This document shows, piece after piece, positions 24,832-32,000 of a stretch of 32,000 nt of DNA. Each line of letters opens with the position of its first letter. The stretch's first letter is position 1. The position numbers and the translations under genes are program-made. This DNA is from Opitutales bacterium (GTDB lineage: Bacteria; Verrucomicrobiota; Verrucomicrobiia; Opitutales; UBA9783). Where the stretch lies: assembly GCA_046881885.1 (NCBI GenBank), contig JBKSMP010000028.1, positions 35,408-67,407 of the forward strand, read 5' to 3'. The notes beneath the pieces were generated by a model. It worked only from the letters and a program-made list of their open reading frames with translations. It had not been told where the DNA came from and made no database searches.

Positions 24832-25782
24832 TTAATTAATGCCAACTTTTTTACAGAGGTTTTGAAAGTTTGAATTATTGCGAAGATTCTCATTTAACAT
24901 TGCATTATTATTTTGTATGTCTTGAAGAACGTTTTTCAATACATCGATTTTTCCGTTGTTTTGAGCTGCTTTGAAGATTTTATCCCCATTCTCTTTTGGG
25001 GCTGCAGTAATGCAATATTTTATATATCTGGGATTAAGTTTAAATAACATATCCATACTGTCCTCTTTTAATTCCATATTATTTTTACACACTATATGTT
25101 TAAAAAGAATATCGGAAAAAGGAAAATATCCCAATTCTTTTTCATGCGCTAGCATCTTTTCAAAACATCCATCGTTTTTTATTTGTTTGGAACTTATCTT
25201 GCCTTCTTTTATTGCTTCTGTATAGCACAAATAATAATCATTATTAGGATTTTCTTTTATACCTTTACTTATATATTCACAATTAGGATCTATTTCAAAT
25301 AAAAGTTTTGTATCTTGAGTTTTTACAGCACAACTAAGTACAAGTTCTTTAAAGCTTGGATCATTACAATAGGATGCATTTTGTTCAATTGCATTTCTAT
25401 AAACACTACCAGCATCCTTAGGATTGCTTTGTAATTGTTGTGTTATGTCAGTTAAAGATAATTCAGGTTTTATACTTTTATCCTCTTTTACATAACTTAT
25501 TGTTGGTGAAGTATTTCGAGATACCTGTGGAGTTGAATTTTGAGTTGTGTTATTTGAATTAGTTACTTGTGTTAATGGTCGAGAGGTTTGTACGGGCTTT
25601 TTGGATTTAAATAATTGTTTTGAAAATAAATTTTTAAAAAAATTTCCAATCTTTTTAAAAAAATTTTTAAATTTACATTCACTCTTTTCAACCGTCCTAT
25701 TGTTGTCTAAAACAACTTTATTGGGTTCTACTTCTTGTTGTTGAATACTCAAAGGTATATTGCTATTATCTATTCTCGTCAT
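24832..25782 (-). CDS. Hypothetical protein, orphan family member A (candidate secreted effector)
   Basis: This is a 316-aa uninterrupted ORF in an AT-rich segment (about 28-30% G+C on two hand-counted 60-nt lines). It has no signal peptide or TM segment. A basic Phe-rich segment 'KFKNFFKKIGNFFKNLF' is followed by an S/T/N/Q-rich linker, then repeated NP..[YF]..A[IA]..GK-like motifs. It shares motifs with 29177..30265. Confidence 0.6.
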   Translation of the reverse strand: MTRIDNSNIPLSIQQQEVEPNKVVLDNNRTVEKSECKFKNFFKKIGNFFKNLFSKQLFKSKKPVQTSRPLTQVTNSNNTTQNSTPQVSRNTSPTISYVKEDKSIKPELSLTDITQQLQSNPKDAGSVYRNAIEQNASYCNDPSFKELVLSCAVKTQDTKLLFEIDPNCEYISKGIKENPNNDYYLCYTEAIKEGKISSKQIKNDGCFEKMLAHEKELGYFPFSDILFKHIVCKNNMELKEDSMDMLFKLNPRYIKYCITAAPKENGDKIFKAAQNNGKIDVLKNVLQDIQNNNAMLNENLRNNSNFQNLCKKVGIN

Positions 25783-25824
25783 ACCTTTCGTGTAGCAAGA
25801 TATGCGCCAAAATATGAAGTAAAT

Positions 25825-26466
25825 TTACAAAAGCTTCCTAAGAGCTTTTGTATCGGTCCCAAAGATGACCGGAAGGAATTGCGTAAGTTTTTCGTAAGGC
25901 CAATTCCACCATTTGAGGTCTAAGAGAAGCTGAATCGTGTCTTCGTCGAAACGCTTACGGATGCATTTAGCGGGATTGCCACCATAGATGGAATACGGAG
26001 GAACGGTGGAGGTTACAACTGATTCTGCGGCAATAATGGCTCCATCACCGATAGTAACACCTGGCATAATGACGGCGTTATGACCGATCCAAACGTCATT
26101 GCCAACGATGGTATCACCTTTTGAAGGCGCCCCTAATGGAACCTCTTTTAAGTTTTCAGCCCAAGCGCCACCGAAAATAGCAAAGGGATAACTCGAAAAG
26201 GTGTCGATACGGTGATTGGCACCATTCATGATAAATTTCACGCCTTTGGCCAGTGCACAAAATTTACCAATTTTTAATTTATCCCCGATGAAATCAAAAT
26301 GATAAAGTACGTTATTCTGCTCGAAATGTTCAGAATCCTCCGGATCATCATAATAAGTATAGTCTCCTACTTCGATGTTTGGATTCTGAATAACATTTTT
26401 TAGGAAACAAATCTGCGGAAATTGTTTCAGGGGATGGATTTGATTACAGTCGGGGATGGTTTGCAT
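25825..26466 (-). CDS. vat: Vat-family xenobiotic (streptogramin A-type) O-acetyltransferase, hexapeptide-repeat
   Basis: 'VGDYTYYDD', 'LYHF...DKLKIGKFCA...IMNGANHR', 'KGDTIVGNDVWIGHNAVIMPGVTIGDGAIIAA', 'GGNPAKCIRKRFDEDTIQLLLDLKWWNWP' closely track Vat(D)/SatA sequences as I recall them. The ATG overlaps the frr stop (TAATG). Confidence 0.85.
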   Translation of the reverse strand: MQTIPDCNQIHPLKQFPQICFLKNVIQNPNIEVGDYTYYDDPEDSEHFEQNNVLYHFDFIGDKLKIGKFCALAKGVKFIMNGANHRIDTFSSYPFAIFGGAWAENLKEVPLGAPSKGDTIVGNDVWIGHNAVIMPGVTIGDGAIIAAESVVTSTVPPYSIYGGNPAKCIRKRFDEDTIQLLLDLKWWNWPYEKLTQFLPVIFGTDTKALRKLL

Positions 26467-27029
26467 TATAAAGTTGTAAGTTCTTTAGATTTTTCGTCTA
26501 AGATTTTCTCAACCATTTCTACAAATTTATCGGTTAATTTTTGAATTTCTTTTTCCAATTTTTTAACATCGTCTTCGGAACAAGTTCCCAACTTCTTTTC
26601 ATTTTTTAGGACTTCCATGGCATCACGACGACAGCCACGAATAGAAACTTTACCATCTTCGGCCATTCCACTGGCGAGTTTCGTAAGCTCTTGACGGCGT
26701 TCACGACTTAATTCCGGCAATGGACAATGGACGAATTCTCCAAAAATCGTTGCGTTAATGCCTAGATTCGCAAGCAAAATACCTTTTTCAACGGCTTTTA
26801 AATTAGACTTATCCCAAGGTTGTACGCGCAAGGTCCTCGCATCTGGTGTCGTAATAGAAGCTAAATCGCGCAATTTCATATTCGAACCATAAACTTCCAC
26901 AACAACATTTTCGAGCATTTGCGGAGAAGCTTTTCCTGTATGCAAAGTTCCAAATTGACGTTGCGTATGCTCTACAGCCTTTTGCATGTTGTCACTAACT
27001 TGATTCAGAAAACGTGTATAATCGATCAT
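26466..27029 (-). CDS. frr: Ribosome recycling factor
   Basis: The protein is 187 aa. 'HTGKASPQMLENVVVEVYGSNMKLRDLASITTPDARTLRVQPWDKS' and 'PELSRERRQELTK' are canonical RRF. It lies downstream of pyrH. Confidence 0.9.
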   Translation of the reverse strand: MIDYTRFLNQVSDNMQKAVEHTQRQFGTLHTGKASPQMLENVVVEVYGSNMKLRDLASITTPDARTLRVQPWDKSNLKAVEKGILLANLGINATIFGEFVHCPLPELSRERRQELTKLASGMAEDGKVSIRGCRRDAMEVLKNEKKLGTCSEDDVKKLEKEIQKLTDKFVEMVEKILDEKSKELTTL

Positions 27030-27033
27030 AGTA

Positions 27034-27735
27034 TTATTCCTTTATAAAAGTTCCTTCGATTTGTTCATGTGCTGCTTTATAAATAGCATTTTCTTTATTT
27101 AAATTAAAGACAAAAATAGGAATCTTTTGCTCTCGGCATAAAGTAAAGGCACACGCGTCCATAACCCCATAACGTCCTTCCTCGGCTTTTACATAGCTTA
27201 ATTGGTTAAAACGTTGCGCATTGGGATGTTTAATGGGATCTTTATCGTAAACACCATCGACTTTAGTGCCTTTAAGTAAAATATCGGCTTGAATTTCACT
27301 GGCTCTTAAGGCTGCCGCTGTGTCGGTTGAAAAGAAAGCATGTCCTGTTCCACCAGCAAAAATAACAACTTTGCCTTGAGATAAATATTCGCGTGCTTGA
27401 ATGACATCAAACGGTAAAATTTGCGTTCCAAAAGGATTTGCGCCCAAAATAACTGTCGGAGTATCTTTGGCAGATAAACATGCCTGTAAAAATAAGGCAT
27501 TCACGCAAGTTGCTGCCATGCCAATCGTATCCGCTTGGCATCTGTCAAAGCTGAAGGCATTTCTACCGCCTCGAAAGATATTGCCGCCGCCAATAACAAT
27601 TCCAATCTCGTACTGCTCTTTGTGCAATCGTACAAGTTGTTCAATAATAGCTTCAACGGGCTTAGCTTCCCAAACACTACCATTGCCTTGCAAAAATTCC
27701 CCACTTAACTTCAATAAAATCCTTTTTACCTTCAT
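27034..27735 (-). CDS. pyrH: UMP kinase PyrH
   Basis: 'MKVKRILLKLSGEFL' (ATG at 27735), 'VIGGGNIFRG' and 'AGGTGHAFFSTDTAAALRA' are present. The ORF-track TTG at 27777 adds 14 aa not typical of the family. Confidence 0.9.
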   Translation of the reverse strand: MKVKRILLKLSGEFLQGNGSVWEAKPVEAIIEQLVRLHKEQYEIGIVIGGGNIFRGGRNAFSFDRCQADTIGMAATCVNALFLQACLSAKDTPTVILGANPFGTQILPFDVIQAREYLSQGKVVIFAGGTGHAFFSTDTAAALRASEIQADILLKGTKVDGVYDKDPIKHPNAQRFNQLSYVKAEEGRYGVMDACAFTLCREQKIPIFVFNLNKENAIYKAAHEQIEGTFIKE

Positions 27736-27865
27736 GCGACTCTCTTTAGTTTTAAAAGAGTAAGGGGATGCCGTCAAGTTTTGTTTAAAGGAATGTAATC
27801 GTGTTGAGTAAATAGGTGGTTTTTTTTGACTTGTCTAATTAATATAAATAGCCAACACCTTAACT

Positions 27866-29068
27866 TTAGATTTGTACTTTGGGTTTTCTATAAAAAACAT
27901 ATTGTTTAAAGGCGTACAAAACGGTTATTAGCATAATGAACGATTGGATGCTGACGAACGTTGGCAAAAAACACGTAGTACAGTTGATGACGATCGAGAA
28001 AAATGCATTTACACCAACTTGGCAGATGGAGATGAACGAACTTGCTGTTCCGATACGGTTGTTAGGGACGGCATTTAATGCTTTTTCTTGCATTAGGGGT
28101 CTAAAAAACGAACCTGCAACATTGTGTAATAAAATGGGAATCAATAAGAGGAACTTAAAACTTGCTGTGGTTTTTTCCCAGCAAAAAAGTAGGATAATTC
28201 CCAAAAACGCACACAATTGGCAAAAGAAAATACGTTTATAGATTTGTTTTTGAGAAAGGTAGGTAGTCCATTTTTTGAAAAGCAGAGAGCAGGTGAAATA
28301 GGGGATAATCGGTAGTAATTGATACATAAGCAAATAGCGCAAATCAATGTTATAGTGGTGTATTAATAAACTAAAGTAGCTTCCCCAAAGAATGTAGCCC
28401 GAAATGGAAAAGCATGCCATAAATGTCGGAATTATGAATTGCCAATTACGAAAAAGGCTTTTTTGTGGATTTGCTGTTGAGGTTTTGCTAATTGCGCTTG
28501 GAAGTTCAACGGTTGCTTCTTGGGGTTGAAAAATCAAAAGATACAAGAGCGAAAACAGGGCGATTCCGATGTAGATTGTGTAAATAAGTCGCCAAGATAA
28601 GCAGGTTGAAAACGTGTGTCCCAATAATGGAAGACAAATAGAGGCTAGAGAGAAAAAGACTTGTTCTGTTGCAATAATCGAAGCACGACCTTTAAATGTA
28701 AACAGTTGCATTAAAATAACCAAGCCAAGAACTTGTCCGCCACCTAAGCCTAGCCCTTGAATAAATCGAGCGACAATGAACATCGGCATATTGGTTGAAA
28801 TACAGGCTAAAATGTGGCCGATTAAAGCAACGCACAAGGCAATAAAAAGGCATTTTTTTGCACTATAACGATCGGCAACGGTTCCCACCAGGCAGCGTAC
28901 GAAAAAAATTGCACAAAAATAGACCGATAAGGTCAATTTTAGTTGATATTGCGAACCCAACAAATCTTGATTAATGTACAAAATACATTGATTATAGACC
29001 GCATTATGAGTCGTATTAAGCGCCCCAATTAATAACAATAAATAAAACAAAAGTTGTGTCGTTTTCAT
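27866..29068 (-). CDS. MFS transporter (drug:H+ antiporter-like, Bcr/CflA-type pattern)
   Basis: There are about 12 TM segments. MFS motif A is like 'GTVADRYSAKK' after TM2. The preferred start is the ATG at 29068 ('MKTTQLL'); the ORF track uses GTG at 29080. Confidence 0.7.
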   Translation of the reverse strand: MKTTQLLFYLLLLIGALNTTHNAVYNQCILYINQDLLGSQYQLKLTLSVYFCAIFFVRCLVGTVADRYSAKKCLFIALCVALIGHILACISTNMPMFIVARFIQGLGLGGGQVLGLVILMQLFTFKGRASIIATEQVFFSLASICLPLLGHTFSTCLSWRLIYTIYIGIALFSLLYLLIFQPQEATVELPSAISKTSTANPQKSLFRNWQFIIPTFMACFSISGYILWGSYFSLLIHHYNIDLRYLLMYQLLPIIPYFTCSLLFKKWTTYLSQKQIYKRIFFCQLCAFLGIILLFCWEKTTASFKFLLLIPILLHNVAGSFFRPLMQEKALNAVPNNRIGTASSFISICQVGVNAFFSIVINCTTCFLPTFVSIQSFIMLITVLYAFKQYVFYRKPKVQI

Positions 29069-29176
29069 AAAACACCGCACCTAATAATAACACTTTTTTA
29101 AAAAAAACAAAGTTTTTTAAGTTATTTTATTTGGTGTTGTTTATAATTAGGTATATATCTTGCTTTGTTGTAAAGT

Positions 29177-30265
29177 ATGGCTAGTGGAATTAATGGAAAT
29201 GCTAATATCAATCTTGAGTTCGCTACGGCAAAAATGGATTTGGCTATTATATCAAAAAATAAAGTTGAAAATAAATTTACTTCATTTTTTAGAAAAATTT
29301 TTGCTAATAAACGTCATAAGGCTTTGAAAAATATGGCCAATGGAGATTTTACTAATCGTACTAAAGTAAAAGCTTTTAAAAAACATTCCGAATTAGCCAA
29401 AGCTTTAAGTGCATATGATAATGGAAAACCAACAACTTCTTTGAATAATGAAGATAAGCTTACTATAGATGATATAAAAACATTTGTTAATAGCAATGAC
29501 TATACCTCTAATGTAAAATACGAGAAGCTTAGCAAGCTTTTATTTGTTAATGGGTTTCATGAAAAAGAAGATTTTAGAAATCTTTATGCAAAGTGTGCAT
29601 TAGACGTTAAAAATTTCTATACTTACCTGAGGTATGTTTCTCCGAAAGATTTAGAGATTTTCTTAAGCAAGTGCGAGACAGAAGATAAGACTTCTGTTGT
29701 GGAAGCAGCAAGAAAGATGCAAAATTGGGAAACTACTACAACCGAGACTAAAACCAACATAGGCTATATAATAAAAAATTACGTCCGAGAAGACGTGAAT
29801 CAAGGCGAGCGGCAGGAATTTGCAGAAGTTAAACAAAGTCAAGATTTAGATATAGACTCACAATCTATAGGGAATATAGAAAACAAGTGGCAAGACTTTG
29901 TAAAAAACGCTTCTGCGGAAGCATTACTAAAACATATCGATGAAAATCCAGGTGATGCTGATAAAATTTTTGAAGCAACAATACAAGTGGGTAAACCTTT
30001 TGAGGGAATTACTAAAATGAAGTTTCCAAAGGAGTATGAATTTAATGATAGAGTTGCGGAATACGCAAAGGAACGAAAAAATTATAAAACTTTTCTTGTT
30101 TTTGCTAATGCTGATGGTATATATGATAGGTGTGTAAATGATCCAGATTTGAAAAAGATATATAAAGCGGCGAAGCAGTTAAAGGAACATTCTAATTCCA
30201 ATAAGTTTACCTTTGCGGAATTTGTTTTGCAGGGAGCACTTAAGCATCGAAAGTCTGGAAAATAA
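29177..30265 (+). CDS. Hypothetical protein, orphan family member B (candidate secreted effector)
   Basis: The protein is 362 aa, with no signal peptide or TM segment. The N-terminus is polar ('MASGINGNANINLEF'). 'VENKFTSFFRKIF' parallels 'VEKSECKFKNFFKKI' in member A. 'ENPGDADKIFEATIQVGK' and 'CVNDPDLKKIYKAAKQ' parallel 'APKENGDKIFKAAQNNGK' and 'YCNDPSFKELV' in A. Confidence 0.6.
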   Translation: MASGINGNANINLEFATAKMDLAIISKNKVENKFTSFFRKIFANKRHKALKNMANGDFTNRTKVKAFKKHSELAKALSAYDNGKPTTSLNNEDKLTIDDIKTFVNSNDYTSNVKYEKLSKLLFVNGFHEKEDFRNLYAKCALDVKNFYTYLRYVSPKDLEIFLSKCETEDKTSVVEAARKMQNWETTTTETKTNIGYIIKNYVREDVNQGERQEFAEVKQSQDLDIDSQSIGNIENKWQDFVKNASAEALLKHIDENPGDADKIFEATIQVGKPFEGITKMKFPKEYEFNDRVAEYAKERKNYKTFLVFANADGIYDRCVNDPDLKKIYKAAKQLKEHSNSNKFTFAEFVLQGALKHRKSGK

Positions 30266-30363
30266 ATAAAATCTATTATGTGTGCCTATGGGTTGGGTTC
30301 CTTTGGCTTTTGTGTTGCACTTCAAAATTGAAATTTTTAAAATTGATTTGTGGTTTGCATTTT

Positions 30364-30681
30364 TTAAAAGCCGTAAATGTTTTCTGAATCTTCTTCTTGG
30401 GCAAGTTGTTCATTCAATGCTAACAAATTTTCAGATAGGGTATGCATTTCAGTTTCGTCGTTCCCTTGTAAAGTGTAGCGTACGTCGTCTCCATGATTTA
30501 ACCCTAATTTCATTAATTCAAAAATACTGTTGCCTGAAGCGGGTTCGCAGGTACAGCCTAGTTTTTCAAAAATAACAGATAAGTTAGGATGTGATTTTAA
30601 TAATCTTACAACTCTTGAACAAGGTCTTGCGTGCCAACCTTTTTTATTTTTTACTGTAAACGTTCCTTCAAATTTTATCAC
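30364..30681 (-). CDS. ptsH: HPr-family phosphocarrier protein (PtsH/NPr-like)
   Basis: 'KGWHARPCSRVV' carries the His15-type site. 'ASGNSIFELMKLGLNHGDDV' carries the Ser46-type region. The start is GTG at 30681. At 105 aa it has a ~15-aa acidic C-terminal extension. No ptsI or hprK gene is in the window. Confidence 0.75.
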   Translation of the reverse strand: MIKFEGTFTVKNKKGWHARPCSRVVRLLKSHPNLSVIFEKLGCTCEPASGNSIFELMKLGLNHGDDVRYTLQGNDETEMHTLSENLLALNEQLAQEEDSENIYGF

Positions 30682-30770
30682 AGCCTAATTGTTTTTTATA
30701 ACTTAGGATTATTGTTATGTTGAAGCAAGAATTTTATTTACTTTTTTAAAAAAAACGGTGAAATAAGAGT

Positions 30771-31553
30771 ATGGGGTTTTCGGCAAAAAAAATTGTTTGG
30801 ATTGCTGTATTGGGTGTAAGTTTGCTACTTCCTGCTTTTTCTGAAAATGGTGTAAAAAATAAAACGCAAGTTCAAATAAAAACAGAAGCGATGGATCGTG
30901 GTTGTTTGGTAGGGAAACGAGGAATTGCTGTTGTATCTGCTGTTGTTGTTCAAAAAAACACGTGGGGGATTTATGGAGGTTTGGATGTGTTTTGTCCTTT
31001 GCAAGCTAAGGATGTGTTTTCGGATCGTTGGAAACTTTCGGGTGGTTTTTTGAAGAAATTAACAGATCATTTTACGTGGGATTTGGGGGTCCGTTATACA
31101 TTTTTGCAACGTTTGGGGTTTGAACGTGTTGGACATTGGACTGAGATTTATACAGGAATTCGATCTGATTTATTGATGCATCCAAGGATTTATTTTTATT
31201 GGGATCAAGAGCGGCGTCAGAAATGTTTCGAGCTTAAATTTGGTCATGATTTTGATTTGTCTGTTTTTGATTGGAATCAATTAACATTATCGTGGGAAAA
31301 TACTTTGGGGTTTTTGACGGCGCGTCGTCCGTATGCTCAGCTTGAGGGGGGGCGTTTAAATCGTAGGCATAAGTATTGGTATGTGGAAACGGCTTTTTTG
31401 CTAAAACGTCATTTGCGTGAAAATTTTTCTTTGTATGCAGGACCTGTTTTAACATATAATACAGGGGGTATACAATCTTGGACGATAGCTAATGCAGCTA
31501 CGCATCGTTCCCATTTTTGTAGTATAGTATTTGGCTGTGAAGTATCTTTTTAA
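30771..31553 (+). CDS. Putative outer-membrane beta-barrel protein (pattern resembles the Gcw_chp/TIGR02001 family)
   Basis: The signal peptide is 'MGFSAKKIVWIAVLGVSLLLPAFS'. Alternating amphipathic strands are visible. 'KLTDHFTWDLGVRYTF' and 'WTEIYTGI' resemble the family pattern '..LTD.L.LD.G..YY' and 'Y.E.Y..'. The C-terminus ends in Phe ('CEVSF'). Confidence 0.55.
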   Translation: MGFSAKKIVWIAVLGVSLLLPAFSENGVKNKTQVQIKTEAMDRGCLVGKRGIAVVSAVVVQKNTWGIYGGLDVFCPLQAKDVFSDRWKLSGGFLKKLTDHFTWDLGVRYTFLQRLGFERVGHWTEIYTGIRSDLLMHPRIYFYWDQERRQKCFELKFGHDFDLSVFDWNQLTLSWENTLGFLTARRPYAQLEGGRLNRRHKYWYVETAFLLKRHLRENFSLYAGPVLTYNTGGIQSWTIANAATHRSHFCSIVFGCEVSF

Positions 31554-31629
31554 AAAGTTATAGAGGTTAATTTTTGCTTTACTATCAAAAGCTTTCACTG
31601 TATTTTTGTTTTAGGAAAAATTTGCTGAT

Positions 31630-31854
31630 ATGAGGAAAAAAGATGCTTGCAATACAGATTTGTCTTTAGATAGTAATGTAGGTTACTTTTTGAATCATGT
31701 AAGTGATTATTCCGAAGGACAGGTAATGGAGTTTTTAAAATCCGTGTATGCAGCTAGCCAGGATCGTATTGCTAAAGGGAATCGCTTAGTTGCAAACGAT
31801 GCTTATCCAGATGAAGACGTTTTGGATAAAGCTGTAGAGAAATTTTTAAAATAA
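31630..31854 (+). CDS. Hypothetical small acidic protein (74 aa)
   Basis: This ORF is the only sizeable one in the interval. A weak AGGA lies ~14-17 nt upstream of the ATG. I recognise no family. 'FLKSVYAASQDRIAKGN' loosely echoes the [IV][YF]xxA motif of orphans A and B. Confidence 0.35.
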   Translation: MRKKDACNTDLSLDSNVGYFLNHVSDYSEGQVMEFLKSVYAASQDRIAKGNRLVANDAYPDEDVLDKAVEKFLK

Positions 31855-32000
31855 AGTGAGGGCAATGATCGTGCCAAGATTAGGGATAAAGGGGGCAAAA
31901 TTAAAAAAGTTATAGGGAAAAAATAAAGATGTGAAAAAAATCAAAAAAGTAAAAAAGGATATTGACAGTGTTGAAAAAAGTATTTCTTATGGTTTATAGA

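Noticed and set aside
30266-30363. AT-only palindromic and direct-repeat fragments (aaaattga x2; aaaatt/aatttt) between convergent orphan B and ptsH, considered as a bidirectional terminator.
   Set aside because: The stems contain only A:T pairs and the loops are too short. The pattern is indistinguishable from background in AT-rich DNA.
1-32000. A search by eye for CRISPR arrays, IS elements or transposases, integrases, phage genes, toxin-antitoxin pairs, rRNA, or recognisable defence-system genes.
   Set aside because: I saw no regularly spaced direct repeats of 25-40 nt. No ORF carries transposase, integrase or recombinase motifs, or nuclease/ATPase pairs typical of defence systems. All intergenic gaps are under 190 nt. 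A computational repeat search and HMM scan are still needed to be certain.
31855-32000. An A-tract-rich terminal segment. 'aaaaaagt' occurs at 31903, 31943 and 31974, and there are several A6-A7 runs. It ends with TTGACA (31962-31967), resembling an UP-element plus -35 of a strong promoter.
   Set aside because: The best -10 candidate at 17-nt spacing is only TCTTAT (31985-31990). The A-tracts are not regularly phased. Any downstream gene lies outside the window, so the call cannot be supported.

Overview
The window is a compact, AT-rich stretch of chromosome (roughly 35-40% G+C by hand counts on sample lines). Almost all of it is coding. It belongs to a diderm bacterium, since bamA-skp-lpxD, kdsB and a GT9 glycosyltransferase are present. 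The bacterium carries a non-flagellar-type type III secretion (T3SS) export apparatus: the window opens in the 3' end of sctT, followed by sctU with an intact NPTH autocleavage motif. Tight gene packing, a solo bioY, an orphan HPr and the T3SS fit a host-associated lifestyle, possibly PVC/Chlamydiae-like, but the taxon cannot be determined from the sequence alone.

Gene order:
- sctT' and sctU
- converging on them, a sodium:solute-symporter/histidine-kinase fusion
- a yhcH-like gene plus a GT9 gene (operon), then comM
- two tandem paralogous secreted orphans, then tRNA-Ala(UGC)
- bioY, mpl
- a 10.7 kb co-directional minus-strand supercluster: rplY-pth-rpsF-ssb-rplI-dnaB-bamA-skp-lpxD-prs-tRNA-Pro(GGG)-rnhB-rlmN
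- miaB, an HP0958/CT398-type coiled-coil zinc-ribbon gene overlapping kdsB
- orphan A, vat-like acetyltransferase, frr, pyrH, MFS transporter, orphan B
- HPr-like gene, an outer-membrane barrel, a small orphan

I saw no rRNA, CRISPR array, transposase or integrase.

The most interesting material:
1. A window-local family of AT-rich orphan proteins (A and B). They share an N-terminal basic Phe-rich motif and repeated NP..[YF]xxA motifs, which makes them plausible T3SS substrates.
2. A tandem pair of secreted paralogs with a conserved upstream DNA element.
3. A Vat-type streptogramin acetyltransferase translationally coupled to frr.
4. A CT398/HP0958-family gene in a T3SS-bearing genome.

I could not identify a defined multi-gene novel system with confidence. 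All functional calls rest on by-eye motif recognition, not database searches.
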